Source: Desulfomonilia bacterium (GTDB taxonomy: Bacteria; Desulfobacterota; Desulfomonilia; UBA1062). Taken from it: a stretch of DNA of 64,000 nucleotides. Location of the stretch: the NCBI GenBank assembly GCA_050014195.1, contig JBEKDT010000004.1, positions 166,473 through 230,472 of the forward strand, given 5' to 3'. Positions 42,013 to 52,529 of the stretch are shown in pieces (position 1 is the first letter of the stretch; each line of letters starts with the position of its first letter). Position numbers and translations under genes: made by a program. The notes below the pieces were generated by a model. The model was given only the letters and a program-made list of their open reading frames with translations. It did no database searches and had not been told where the DNA came from.

Positions 42013-45000
42013 ATGTTTCTCCGATACTTCCCGCCCACCTCATACAGCGCGTGGGAGATCTGGCCGAGGCTGGCTACGCGAACCGTGTCCATGAGCACCG
42101 CAAAGATGTTTCCACCGTTCATCGCAGTCTCCTTGAGCATCTTCAGGGCGGCATCTGAGTGCTTGGCGTGCCTTTTCTGAAACTTCCGGCAGTTATCGAG
42201 CTGGGCCTGCTTCTCTTCGTACGATGACCGCGTGAGCGCGATACAGCCGCCTGCACTCTGGTACCCGGTACTCCCGGCATTTGGATTCTCAAAGGTATTG
42301 ACGCCGATGATGGGCAGCTTGCCCGAATGCTTGAGATGCTCGTAGTAGAGGGACTCGTCCTGGATCTTGGAGCGCTGGTACTGGGTCTCCATGGCACCGA
42401 GCACGCCCTTGCGGTCGCTGATGCGCTCGAACTCCTTGAGAACCGCTCCTTCCACGGCATCCGTGAGCCAGTCGATAAAGAACGAGCCCTGGAGCTGGTT
42501 CTCGTTCATGGAAGGGCCGAACTCCCGGTTGATGATCATCTGGATGGCCATGGCACGACGTACCGACTCCTCGGTGGGGGTAGTGATGGCCTCGTCATAG
42601 GCGTTGGTGTGCAGCGAGTTGCAGTTATCACCCAGTGCGGTTAATGCCTGCAGGGTTGTGCGTATGTCATTGAACTGGATCTCCATGCTGTGGAGCGACC
42701 TTCCTGATGTCTGGATGTGGTACTTCAGGCGCTGGGACGATTCGTCGGCACCGTAGAGATTCCTCATGGCAACCGCCCAGATCCTGCGCGCCACCCTCCC
42801 GAGCACGCTGTACTCAGGGTCCATGCCGCTCGAGAAGAAGAACGAGAAGTTCTTGGCAAAGTCGTTTATGTTCATACCGCGGGACAGGTAGTACTCCACA
42901 TAGGTGAACCCGTTTGCCAGGGTGAAGGCGAGCTGGCTGATGGGGTTGGCCCCTGCCTCTGCAATGTGGTAGCCGCTGATGCTCACCGAATAGAAGTTCT
43001 CCACGCCCTTAACGATAAAATATTCCTGGATGTCTCCCATCATCTTGAGCGCGAACTCGGTGGAGAAGATGCAGGTGTTCTGGCCCTGATCCTCTTTCAG
43101 GATGTCTGCCTGGACGGTGCCCCGCACCGTCTTGAGCACACGATCTTTGAGGGCATCGAGTTCATCGGGTTTAGGCGACCTGCCCTTTTCTTTCTTGAAT
43201 GCCTCAACTTGCTGGTCAATGGCCGTGTTGAAGAACATGGCGGTCATGATGGGCGCCGGGCCGTTGATGGTCATGGACACGCTCGTGGAGGGCGAGCAGA
43301 GGTCGAAGCCAGCATAGAGCTTCTTCATATCGTCCAATGTGCAGATGCTCACCCCGCTCTCGCCGATCTTGCCGAAGATGTCGGGCTTCTCGTGGGGGTC
43401 CTCGCCGTAGAGCGTCACGCTGTCAAAGGCTGTGCTCAGGCGTTTGGCCTCGTCGTGACGGCATAGGTAATGGAACCGCTTGTTGGTCCGTTCGGGCCCG
43501 CCCTCTCCCGCAAACTGTCTCTTGGGGTCTTCCCAGTCCCGTTTGAAGGGGAACACGCCCGAGGTGTAGGGGAAGAAGCCGGGCAGATTCTCTTTCCGGA
43601 GCCACCTAAAGAGGTCGCCCTTGTCTGTGAAGGTGGGCAGGGCGATCTTCGGGATCTCGAGTCCTGCGAGAGATTCCTTGGTGAGTGACACCTGGATCTT
43701 CTTGTCGCGCACCGTATATGAGTAGGACTTGGACCGGTAACGAGAGTACTGTTTCTCCCAGCCGGCGATCAGCTCCAGTTCGTCCTTGTTGATACCCTTT
43801 TTAAAATCGGAATGCTTCTTGCGCAGGGTGGTTTCGGTCTGCTTGTCCATGGACTCGCCCAGCAGATCCTCGATGGCAAAGACCTTCCTCAGTCTCGCGC
43901 CCACGTCTTCCGTCCGGGTATGGTAGCCCCGGAGGGTCTTGGCGATCTCGCCCAGGTAATGCTGCCTGCCTGAAGGAACGATGCCCTCGCGCGCCTGTTC
44001 CTGATCCGCCTTGGACTCGGGGAGCACCTGCCAATCGATGAACCCCTTATCCGCAAGGGAATCCACGATATGGGCAAAGGCCTTGTCCATCCCTATGTCA
44101 GAGTATCTGCTGGCCACCGTTCCGAAGACGGGCAGCTCTTCTAAGTCCTTGTCGAACAGCTCATGGTTGCGCGCATACTGCTTCCTGACATGCTTGAGTG
44201 CATCCAGGGCCTTTTCCTGCTCGAACTTGTTGATCACCACCATATCGGCGAAGTCGAGCATGTCGATCTTCTCCAGCTGCGTCGGCGCTCCGAACTCCGC
44301 GGTCATGACATAGACGCGGTAGTCGCTCACCCTGGTGATGGCGGTGTCGCCCTGGCCGATACCGCTGGTCTCCACGATGATAAGGTCATAGCCCGCAGCC
44401 TTCACGATGTCCAGCGCGTCATGGATGGCATCCGAAAGCTCATCCTTGGATGCCCTGGTGGCCATGGAGCGCATATAGACCCTCTCGTCATCGATCTGGT
44501 TCATGCGTATCCTGTCGCCCAGCAGTGCACCGCCGCTGCGTGAACGGGTCGGGTCCACCGAGATGACGGCAATGGTTTTATCAGGGTAATGATAGAGCGC
44601 CCTGCGAAGGAGCTCGTCGATAATCGAGCTCTTGCCCGAGCCCCCGGTACCCGTGATGCCCACAATGGGGCTCTTCGATTCCATACCTTTAAGAAAGGCG
44701 CGCATGGGCTCAAAGCCTTTATCCTTGAAAAATCGGGCCCGCTCCGCAGCGCTGATGAGTCTGCCCACGAGCACCGGGCCCTTGGACCGGATGGCCTTCA
44801 TGTCGAGGGCCACCTCGGGAATCTTCACTTCAGCAGCGATAGCCATCATATGCGAGATCATGCCCTTGAGGCCCATGGCCTTGCCGTCATCGGGCGAGTA
44901 GATCTTGGAGACCCCGTATGCCTCGAGCTCCCTGATCTCATCAGGCACAATGACCCCCCCGCCCCCCCCGAAGACCTTCACGTATTCGCATCCTTGCTCC

Positions 45001-45257
45001 CTAAGCAGATCGATGAGGTATTTGAAAAACTCCATATGGCCGCCCTGGTACGAACTCACGGCAACCCCGTGGGCCCCTTCCTGTACGGCGGCATCCACGA
45101 TCTGTGAAACACTCCTATTGTGCCCCAGGTGAACTACCTCTGCGCCGCTGTCCTGCAGGATCCTTCGCATAATATTGATAGACGCGTCGTGCCCGTCAAA
45201 GAGCGACGTTGCGGTGATGAACCGCAGAGGCTCCCTCGATGTATCCTTTTTCTTCAT
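42009..45257 (-). CDS. icmF: Fused isobutyryl-CoA mutase/MeaI GTPase IcmF
   Basis: B12 domain FDGHDASINIMRR, GTPase GTGGSGKSS and NKFE, mutase RQFAGEG, GTVQADILKE, HIQTSGRSLH; 1082 aa. Confidence 0.96.
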   Translation of the reverse strand: MKKKDTSREPLRFITATSLFDGHDASINIMRRILQDSGAEVVHLGHNRSVSQIVDAAVQEGAHGVAVSSYQGGHMEFFKYLIDLLREQGCEYVKVFGGGGGVIVPDEIRELEAYGVSKIYSPDDGKAMGLKGMISHMMAIAAEVKIPEVALDMKAIRSKGPVLVGRLISAAERARFFKDKGFEPMRAFLKGMESKSPIVGITGTGGSGKSSIIDELLRRALYHYPDKTIAVISVDPTRSRSGGALLGDRIRMNQIDDERVYMRSMATRASKDELSDAIHDALDIVKAAGYDLIIVETSGIGQGDTAITRVSDYRVYVMTAEFGAPTQLEKIDMLDFADMVVINKFEQEKALDALKHVRKQYARNHELFDKDLEELPVFGTVASRYSDIGMDKAFAHIVDSLADKGFIDWQVLPESKADQEQAREGIVPSGRQHYLGEIAKTLRGYHTRTEDVGARLRKVFAIEDLLGESMDKQTETTLRKKHSDFKKGINKDELELIAGWEKQYSRYRSKSYSYTVRDKKIQVSLTKESLAGLEIPKIALPTFTDKGDLFRWLRKENLPGFFPYTSGVFPFKRDWEDPKRQFAGEGGPERTNKRFHYLCRHDEAKRLSTAFDSVTLYGEDPHEKPDIFGKIGESGVSICTLDDMKKLYAGFDLCSPSTSVSMTINGPAPIMTAMFFNTAIDQQVEAFKKEKGRSPKPDELDALKDRVLKTVRGTVQADILKEDQGQNTCIFSTEFALKMMGDIQEYFIVKGVENFYSVSISGYHIAEAGANPISQLAFTLANGFTYVEYYLSRGMNINDFAKNFSFFFSSGMDPEYSVLGRVARRIWAVAMRNLYGADESSQRLKYHIQTSGRSLHSMEIQFNDIRTTLQALTALGDNCNSLHTNAYDEAITTPTEESVRRAMAIQMIINREFGPSMNENQLQGSFFIDWLTDAVEGAVLKEFERISDRKGVLGAMETQYQRSKIQDESLYYEHLKHSGKLPIIGVNTFENPNAGSTGYQSAGGCIALTRSSYEEKQAQLDNCRKFQKRHAKHSDAALKMLKETAMNGGNIFAVLMDTVRVASLGQISHALYEVGGKYRRNM

Positions 45258-45551
45258 GTGTCGACTCCCCGGGGTCTACAACTCTTGAGCATACAATAAT
45301 ACAATGTCTGTCCGGACGAAATAGATAGCAGAAAATGAAGAAAAATGCCAATGCCCTTAAGAATAGTATCATAGGGACAGTCCTTGTGCCTGCCCGGCAT
45401 TCCTGTAGGGTGGGTGGAGCGGTTGGGTGGCACGGGCAAAGCCCGTAGATTGATTTTAGGTTAAATTTTATTATGCTCTACCCATTGGGTAACCAGCGCT
45501 TTTCGTACACATTATTACAATTATTGTCACTTTCCTGGCTTCTAAAACTTA

Positions 45552-45598
45552 TAACATATTGATATTACAAAGTCATATTTTCTGGCACAGAGATTGTT
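45552..45598 (+). promoter_or_regulatory. IHF site plus sigma54-type promoter candidate
   Basis: Minus-strand TATCAA-TATG-TTA fits WATCAAN4TTR; TGGCACAGAGATTGTT at 45583-45598. Confidence 0.55.
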
Positions 45599-45725
45599 AG
45601 TTGTTTGGCGATGGTCCAACTACCCAAAATTCACCGGACAGAACTTTGTCAACCTCGATTTATCCATGGTTGCTGGGCCAGATTGAGGCAGGAACTCAAT
45701 TTGTGCAATCCTTCCAGAAGATGGA

Positions 45726-45741
45726 TGGCACCCTCATTGCT
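45726..45741 (+). promoter_or_regulatory. Consensus sigma54 motif
   Basis: TGGCAC-CCTCA-TTGCT. Confidence 0.5.
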
Positions 45742-46073
45742 CAAGAGGCATATCGCTCAGAGCAAAAAACCTTGCCGTGCCCCTGGCAGCTTGATTTTAT
45801 CACCCTCAGGACCAATGACGAGATTGCACGTGCACCCATGTCTGATAATCTATTGCCAAGTAAAGAATGAATCAGGGGAAAATATCAGCAACCATGATAT
45901 GAGGGCTTTCAAAGTACTGAATAGGTAAGATCTTCAACAGAGATCAACAGAGAAGGAGATACACTTCCTAATGTGGTTTGCAGCATAATCGATACTTAAA
46001 CCATATAAATTGGTTTATGGGGTGACTCTTATTAAGTGAAGAGATTCTGGGTATTGGTGAAAGAGGGCATAGA

Positions 46074-46298
46074 ATGATAACAGTGAGGTATTCAGCAAAT
46101 TGTGGTTCATCATACCAGGTTTTCAAAGATAGCGAGCTTATCGGACATGTCCGTATTAAAAGAAGCATGACAAGTGATAAATATCTAGCAGTGATTCAGG
46201 GGGAAGGAGAGGAGGATTGCAGCGCAAAGGAATTTGATACCCCTTATGATGCTATGTATTGGTTAGAGAAGCGTAGAGAGAAAGGTAAAGGGAGTTAA
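46074..46298 (+). CDS. Small hypothetical protein
   Basis: AGAGGG RBS, 74 aa of plausible composition in an AT-rich stretch. Confidence 0.55.
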   Translation: MITVRYSANCGSSYQVFKDSELIGHVRIKRSMTSDKYLAVIQGEGEEDCSAKEFDTPYDAMYWLEKRREKGKGS

Positions 46299-46454
46299 TA
46301 TATAATAAAATGGCAGAGACTGTTAAAAACCTCAAAATTCAAATTTATAGATTTTTAACTGATTGATTTTCATACAAATAAACATGCCCATATCTTGTGA
46401 TTCGGACATTTTCAACAGTCTTGCACGTCATCTATCCTTCTAACGACTAAGTAA

Positions 46455-46970
46455 TTAACTTGTCATAAGTCCGCATCGAGAAAGCCTGCCATAAATCTTT
46501 TTAACATCTCTCGTGTAGTTTTTACTCCCCCCACTATACTTGTAAAGAGCCTCATCAAAAGTTCGTGATGATTGTAGGCAATCACGTAAGATCTCCGAAC
46601 CTATATCATAGTTGTTCTTTAAGTAGAAAAGTTCATGCAGTGTGATTCCCCTCTTTTTCAACTTGTCCTGGTGAACCTGAGGGTTTACCTGCATTGCACC
46701 GATACAGCCTGATGAATTCTTAGCATCAGCCCTAAATTCTGATTCAAGATTAGCTATGCTGATCACCTTCAGGCGATCTACATGCCATTTACTTGAATAT
46801 CTATCAATGTACCTTGCATGGATGGCAGCTATTTCGGGATCAAGGTGTGGCCGCAGGTAAATAATCAAATCCGCGGTTGTAGATGCTTTCACGTAGGGTT
46901 CACAATAAACTCCACGAGTAGGGATAATAAACAATATTGCCAAAGCAAGGATCAGGCAAATTTTTTTCAT
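46455..46970 (-). CDS. Exported lytic transglycosylase (SLT domain), paralog 2
   Basis: IANLESEF, GCIGAMQV, ALYKYSGG; same length as and collinear with 4428-4943. Confidence 0.88.
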   Translation of the reverse strand: MKKICLILALAILFIIPTRGVYCEPYVKASTTADLIIYLRPHLDPEIAAIHARYIDRYSSKWHVDRLKVISIANLESEFRADAKNSSGCIGAMQVNPQVHQDKLKKRGITLHELFYLKNNYDIGSEILRDCLQSSRTFDEALYKYSGGSKNYTRDVKKIYGRLSRCGLMTS

Positions 46971-47388
46971 CTTTTGTCTCCTTGGATTAGTTCTTGGCCT
47001 CAGTTGCGATTAGGCTGAATTATCATGAACAATACTTAATTATCACACGCTATGACTTTTAAAGCAACAATAGAAATGATTATATATTTTTATATATATT
47101 ATTCAATGGGTTATAAGAGATCAAGAAGCTGAACTGCCGGCCTCTTCAGCTTCAAGGTATAGATTCTTACGATTTATAGTACGATTTATAGATGGTCTCG
47201 AAGAGTCTGAGAACCAATGATCTCCGGATGAGATATATGTAAATGGTTACATCATGTCAGAGTGCCGATCATGGCACGCAACTTATCAAAAACAACCTCT
47301 CCCCAGAGTAATGATCACGTGCCATGCACTCCGTATATCAAAAATTGAATATCTCTTGATGAAATATCCGGTTGTACTCCTGATGTGT

Positions 47389-47931
47389 TTATCCGTTCAG
47401 CTCCTCAAGCCCCTCGCGGATGTTGTCCCGGATGAGGTTCAGGACCTCCATGTTGTTCAGAGGGACATCACCGAGCCCTTCACGGAGCTCTCTGGTGTCG
47501 AGGATATAGGTATTACCGTCCCTGCGATGGGTATAGATGATGTCAATATCAGGGTTTCCGAGGATGAGCATGGTTATGACCCCTGCAATATCGCCCAGGG
47601 GCTGCCGGTCGATGTGGGAGTATTTGAACTCGGCATGGACAACCGTACCCTTGCCGACCTCCGACTGAAGGGAGAATCTGCCTTGTGCCGTGTTGGCCGC
47701 CTGCTTGAGCATGGGCAGGCCCAGGCCGATGCGCCTGACCTTCTTGGTGGTGTAAAAGGGGTCCAGTGCCTTCTCCATGGTCTGAGCGTCCATGCCTTGG
47801 CCGTTGTCCTTTATCTCCAGGGAAAAGATATCGCGTTCGAGGTCCTCTGCAATGGTAATCTCGATGAGACTCGCTTGGGCCCGGGATGAGTTTTCCGCGA
47901 TATCGAGCACGTGCAGGGCTAGTTCCAGCAT
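47389..47931 (-). CDS. Stand-alone HATPase_c kinase-like protein
   Basis: ELALHVLDIAENS, DNGQGM, DPFYTT, GLGL, HIDRQPLGD. Confidence 0.9.
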   Translation of the reverse strand: MLELALHVLDIAENSSRAQASLIEITIAEDLERDIFSLEIKDNGQGMDAQTMEKALDPFYTTKKVRRIGLGLPMLKQAANTAQGRFSLQSEVGKGTVVHAEFKYSHIDRQPLGDIAGVITMLILGNPDIDIIYTHRRDGNTYILDTRELREGLGDVPLNNMEVLNLIRDNIREGLEELNG

Positions 47932-47934
47932 GAA

Positions 47935-48672
47935 CTACTCCAGGACATATCTGCCCATCTGTTTGGAGAGCGCCAGCTTTATCTCGGGGAAGGCAGGGCT
48001 CTCAAGAAACATGCGTGTGGATGCCTTACCGATATCGGTCACATAATGGGCATCGGAAGAGGTGATGAACCGGTACCCCTTCAGCTCAGGGTAACGCTGC
48101 CGGGCGTTAGTAATCCCCAGGCCGGCCGAGACCTCCAGGGCATCGAAGGGGACATCTGGGGGGACAAAGCCGAGCTGGCCGATGATGCCGAAGGCGGTTC
48201 TGTCGATGTGGGAAGCTATTGCGAGGCCCCCCAGGGAGTGTATCAGATCCACTGCCGCATTTAAGGAGATCCCCGTGGCCCCGATCAGGAGGTGCTCGTT
48301 GAAGCCCTCCACCTCGCCTGCTTCATTGACAATGGCCTGGATGCCGAAGGCATCCTCATCATTCTTGCCTGTGAGATGCGCATACACGGTCTCCTGCAGA
48401 GATAAAAGCTCGTGCACATACTCGAAGAGCGCAACGATATGTACCTCCTCACGGGTGGACAGCTCCATGCCGGGTATGACGACCAGGTCCGTACCGAGGG
48501 CCGCCTTGAGCACATACTGCACATTTTCCGATGCGTTATGGTCGCAGATAGCGATGATATCAAGCCCCTGCGCAATGCACTCCCTTACAACGGATGCGGG
48601 GTACATATCGAGCTCTGCGCAGGGTGAAAGGCAGGTGTGCATGTGGAGGTTGCAGCGATATACCCTTCCCAT
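47935..48672 (-). CDS. PHP-domain phosphoesterase
   Basis: LHMHTCLSPC, DHN, GME, SHIDR, SSDAH. Confidence 0.92.
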   Translation of the reverse strand: MGRVYRCNLHMHTCLSPCAELDMYPASVVRECIAQGLDIIAICDHNASENVQYVLKAALGTDLVVIPGMELSTREEVHIVALFEYVHELLSLQETVYAHLTGKNDEDAFGIQAIVNEAGEVEGFNEHLLIGATGISLNAAVDLIHSLGGLAIASHIDRTAFGIIGQLGFVPPDVPFDALEVSAGLGITNARQRYPELKGYRFITSSDAHYVTDIGKASTRMFLESPAFPEIKLALSKQMGRYVLE

Positions 48673-48691
48673 TGCCCGGAAATTTAAGCCT

Positions 48692-49039
48692 TCATCCTTG
48701 TGAAGGGTGCAGGAGCTGATAAAGCCTGCCCACCACCTCGAACTCGTTCATGTCGGCCACGAGGATGGGGATACCCTCCTTGGCGGCTTTCTCGATGGTC
48801 TCTTTCTCAGGGGTTGCACCATGGACGATGATGATGGCCGCATGTTCTTTCAGGGCCGCAACGGCCACGATATTCTGATGCACCTGCCGGGTCACCCAGA
48901 TATTACCGGCATTGCTGTTGGCCATGACGTCGCTCAAGAGGTCGCCTGCATATCCTCCGGAGACCTCCCGTGAAAGGTTCTCCCAGCAGCACTTACACTT
49001 CAATGAGAGCCGTTCGGAAATGGTTTCAAGTGTAATCAC
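48692..49039 (-). CDS. DRTGG/HPr-kinase N-terminal-like protein
   Basis: GYAGDLLSDVMA, WVT, NIVAVA. Confidence 0.85.
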   Translation of the reverse strand: MITLETISERLSLKCKCCWENLSREVSGGYAGDLLSDVMANSNAGNIWVTRQVHQNIVAVAALKEHAAIIIVHGATPEKETIEKAAKEGIPILVADMNEFEVVGRLYQLLHPSQG

Positions 49040-49506
49040 GTTATCATTCCTCGCTCAAGTTCTTTTCCATTCAACATGATGATGCTCTTTACACTGGTGC
49101 CCTTGCCCGGTTCCGAGGTTAGGTCTAAATCATCCGAACATTTCTTGATGTTCGAAAGCCCCATACCCGCCCCAAAACCCATCTCACGGATGGCATCGTC
49201 CGCAGTGGAGTAGCCTTCCTGCAGTGCCAGCTCGATGTCTTCGATACCGGGGCCCACATCGATAGCCTCGATAATGATGGAGTCGGGCAGGACATAGTAG
49301 CTGACAGTCCCGTGCTGTGCGTAGGAGATGATGTTCACCTCGGCCTCGAAGGCGATGATGGCCACCCTTCTGATTACATCCTCGGCGATGCCCATGGATT
49401 TCAGGCCCTTCTTGATCTGGCTCGATACGATACCGGCATCGACAAAGTCCCGTCCATGGACCTCGTAGCTGCCCTCAAGATAGTTCTCATAATCATTCAT
49501 GGGCAC
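49036..49506 (-). CDS. Anti-sigma-factor-type Ser/Thr kinase (RsbW/RsbT-like)
   Basis: EAEVN, DVGPGI, GYSTA, GFGAGMGL, GKGT. Confidence 0.9.
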   Translation of the reverse strand: MPMNDYENYLEGSYEVHGRDFVDAGIVSSQIKKGLKSMGIAEDVIRRVAIIAFEAEVNIISYAQHGTVSYYVLPDSIIIEAIDVGPGIEDIELALQEGYSTADDAIREMGFGAGMGLSNIKKCSDDLDLTSEPGKGTSVKSIIMLNGKELERGMIT

Positions 49507-49876
49507 TTTTCATGTCCTCGATGAATATCTCTCTGACGCACCCGGTCAGGCCGGCACGGTATAACAGGCCGCAGGACTCGAACATGATGAAGGTAGTCCA
49601 CAAGACCGGGATTCCGAGTTCGCGGGCGATCTCAACAAACTTGTCGGTCAGGGGTTTGCCCCTGCATATCACGATAGCCGCAATGTCAAGGGCATAGGCG
49701 GTCCTTATGGCCTGAAGGTTTGACAGCCCCGTGATAAGGAGACAGCCGGAACGCGCAAAGGCGAGCACATCGCTCATAAGGTCCGCACCGAATGCGGTGC
49801 GGATCTCGATGCCGAGTTTATCTTCACCAACGATCACTTGGGCTTCCAAAAGATCTCTAACATCTGCAAGTGTCAC
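49493..49876 (-). CDS. DRTGG-domain protein
   Basis: ADLMSDVLAF, LITGL, RGK, MFESCGLLY. Confidence 0.88.
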   Translation of the reverse strand: MTLADVRDLLEAQVIVGEDKLGIEIRTAFGADLMSDVLAFARSGCLLITGLSNLQAIRTAYALDIAAIVICRGKPLTDKFVEIARELGIPVLWTTFIMFESCGLLYRAGLTGCVREIFIEDMKSAHE

Positions 49877-49933
49877 AATAGTACCTATCGCCTCCTCAAG
49901 GATGAAATTGATATCAGTGTCCTCTTATGATGA

Positions 49934-50581
49934 TTATGCCTTCAGGCAGTTATTCAGGTCCAGTCCTTCGAGCTGGGGCAATGCTTTTATCTTCTTGGCC
50001 TCTGTGACGCCGTTTACGTTTGTGATGACCAGGCGGCCATACCCCTTGCCCAAGGCATTTACGAAGTCGTAGACGGCACCCACGACCGTAAGCCTTCCCT
50101 CATCGATGAGTGCTTTGTATCGTATCATGGCCGTGGATACCTGGTGCTCCACATTCTTTTTGATGTTCTTCATCAGTTCTTCATCGAAGCTCTCACAAAC
50201 AGGAACGGTGAGACACGCCTTCAAGTTGTCAAGCTCACATTTGACGGCATCGTTCTCTTTCTCATAACCCTTCATGAAGGCCTTGATGGCGCCGCAATCC
50301 GTATGGCCCATAATGAGCAGGACCGGCGTGTGAAGATGCAGGATTCCATAATCCACTGAACCCTGGGCCGAGGTCATCTGGTTGCCGATGGTCTCGATGG
50401 TGAAGACCTTGTTGATGGGGTCCGGCTCGATGACAATAGGCTGGACCCGCGAGTCGCAACAGGCGACAAGGGTTATCTTCGGATGCTGGGCCGCCATGTG
50501 CGGCTTGAAATATGCTTCACCATGGGAGGCAACGAAAGTACCGTTGTTTTCAATGATGTCTCTGATAATCTCGTTGACCAC
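49934..50581 (-). CDS. Beta-class carbonic anhydrase
   Basis: CCDSRV and HTDCGA zinc ligands, GSVDYG; GTG start after AAGGGGGG. Confidence 0.92.
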   Translation of the reverse strand: MVNEIIRDIIENNGTFVASHGEAYFKPHMAAQHPKITLVACCDSRVQPIVIEPDPINKVFTIETIGNQMTSAQGSVDYGILHLHTPVLLIMGHTDCGAIKAFMKGYEKENDAVKCELDNLKACLTVPVCESFDEELMKNIKKNVEHQVSTAMIRYKALIDEGRLTVVGAVYDFVNALGKGYGRLVITNVNGVTEAKKIKALPQLEGLDLNNCLKA

Positions 50582-50673
50582 GGACCCCCCTTGGTAGTGC
50601 ACTATAGTATAACGTGTATGGAGGAAAACAGCTCAATTGTAAAGGGTGAAGTCTTTTGGATTATCCTTGAGCC

Positions 50674-51354
50674 TTAAGAAAAAGCGCTTATATACCGGTA
50701 CACGGTCCAGAAATGGGCAAGAGTTCCGAGCATCACGAAGATGTGGAATATCTCATGGAAGCCGAAGAAATGCGGGATGAGATTCGGTCTCTTCAGGGCA
50801 TAGATGAGGCCGCCCGTCGTGTAAAGCACCCCTCCTGCAAAGAGCCAGAAGAGCGCACCCGGCTGCAGGGTATGAACCAGCGGCACAACCCCCACAATGG
50901 CGATCCAGCCCATGAAGATGTATATGAGGGCTGTAAGCCACCTGGGGGCATGGATCCAGAAGATCTTGAACACGATGCCCATGAGCGCCACAGCCCAGAC
51001 AGTACCGAAGAGGCTCCACCCCCACGCCCCCCGGAGCGGCACAAGGCAGAAGGGTGTATAGGTGGATGCGATAAGCACGAAGATCATCATGTGATCAATC
51101 TTTCTTAAGCGTGTAGTCCCCTCGGGGGAAAGAGGCAGCCAGTGGTAGAGCGTGCTTGCGGTATAGAGCAGGATCATGCCGATGCCGAATATGCAATAGG
51201 TAGTGAGGTGCCAGGGCTTCAGCGGGCTCGATGCCTTGATGATGAGAGCCACAAGCCCTGCTACGGCAAGCAAGGCCCCTATGAAATGTGTGAAGCCGCT
51301 CACCGGATCACGCAAACTCCGAATCAACCGCGCGATGCCCCTGACTCTCTTCAT
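50674..51354 (-). CDS. Hemolysin III/PAQR-family membrane protein
   Basis: ASTLYH, KIDHMMIF, TYTP, HEIFHIFV. Confidence 0.93.
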   Translation of the reverse strand: MKRVRGIARLIRSLRDPVSGFTHFIGALLAVAGLVALIIKASSPLKPWHLTTYCIFGIGMILLYTASTLYHWLPLSPEGTTRLRKIDHMMIFVLIASTYTPFCLVPLRGAWGWSLFGTVWAVALMGIVFKIFWIHAPRWLTALIYIFMGWIAIVGVVPLVHTLQPGALFWLFAGGVLYTTGGLIYALKRPNLIPHFFGFHEIFHIFVMLGTLAHFWTVYRYISAFS

Positions 51355-51576
51355 GGATGCCGCCCTTTCTTACCTATCAATCAAAAGATGATTGAATATC
51401 TATCAATTACCATAGAGATAGGTTTTTTGTATGTGAAATAAATTTAAAGGAAATGTCTCTGTTCTGTAAAACCTTTTCCAGGAATCATTTGATAAAAATG
51501 ATCGGATTAAGAGTAGACCTTGCACGCACATAACTCTATTATTATAAGGATACATCTCATTTGAAAGAAGGATGCC

Positions 51577-52083
51577 ATGGAACCGATACCTGCAAAGCTT
51601 GTGGATAAAATTTGGCAGGAGATTGCGCTTTATAGTTCGGAGCGTGCAACCGAGAAAATGTTGGAATTCGGGAAAGTGCAGCCGGATCTTCTTTCTTTCA
51701 TTCTGGAATTCACTGAGGATCTTGATGAGCAGGCAGGAGAACTGGGCGTCTATATACTCTTTGTCGTGTATCACATCTTTCTGAAAGGATACGGCAAGAA
51801 GATCAAGAGGGTTACCCCGGAAGAGATTGTTGCGTGTTATGAAAATAACGAGAGACTCATGGAAAGCCTGGAGACGGCCCATGTGAGGTTTTTTGAAAGG
51901 GTAGCCGAGGTACAACTCTCTCCCCAGCCTTATGTGATCAAGTATGTTGTTGATACGTTATTTGAGGTCCCTGATGACGAAGATGATGACTCGAACACAC
52001 CTCTGAGTGAAGAAGATATGGGATATCTCTTCATGTTGCTCAAAACCGTAATTGATGTGTTGAACCAAAAGACGAATGATTAG
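51577..52083 (+). CDS. Hypothetical acidic protein
   Basis: 168-aa ORF with AAGGA RBS; two QP-led helical segments. Confidence 0.7.
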   Translation: MEPIPAKLVDKIWQEIALYSSERATEKMLEFGKVQPDLLSFILEFTEDLDEQAGELGVYILFVVYHIFLKGYGKKIKRVTPEEIVACYENNERLMESLETAHVRFFERVAEVQLSPQPYVIKYVVDTLFEVPDDEDDDSNTPLSEEDMGYLFMLLKTVIDVLNQKTND

Positions 52084-52529
52084 GCCTGGTCACTAGTCAC
52101 TGCATTTTTCAACCTAAATTCCCTGGGTGTCATCCCGGTGTGTTTTTTGAATGTGGTGTTGAACGTGGACTTCTCTAAATAAATATAGTTTTACACCATT
52201 TAAGTTAACTGGATCAATTAAAGCTAGGTACCAATCTCAATAATAACACATAACAAAGAGTATATAATGGACTCATTGCTCATAGAAATCTTCACACAAA
52301 CCTTTCAGTATAGGCAAAGTGTTGGTTATGGCACGGAATCTTCAGTTTGTATCAACCAGAGATTGCCTCAAGAAATACTCAATATGAACTCACCCTAGAT
52401 CGTGGACTGTAAATAAATACTGTATTATGGAAATATATTTCCATTATTTTCTAAAGTCACCCCGAGCTTCAACCTGATCTATCCATCCTGTATAATATAA
52501 TCTATTGTTATTACTTGATTATGTATGTG

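Noticed and set aside
45258-45480. Cobalamin or c-di-GMP riboswitch upstream of icmF
   Set aside because: No B12 box or GEMM core found; the GC-rich part looks like a degenerate GTAGGGTGGG REP-like remnant.
47168-47191. Tandem tacgatttatag x2
   Set aside because: Two units without spacers; not a CRISPR array.
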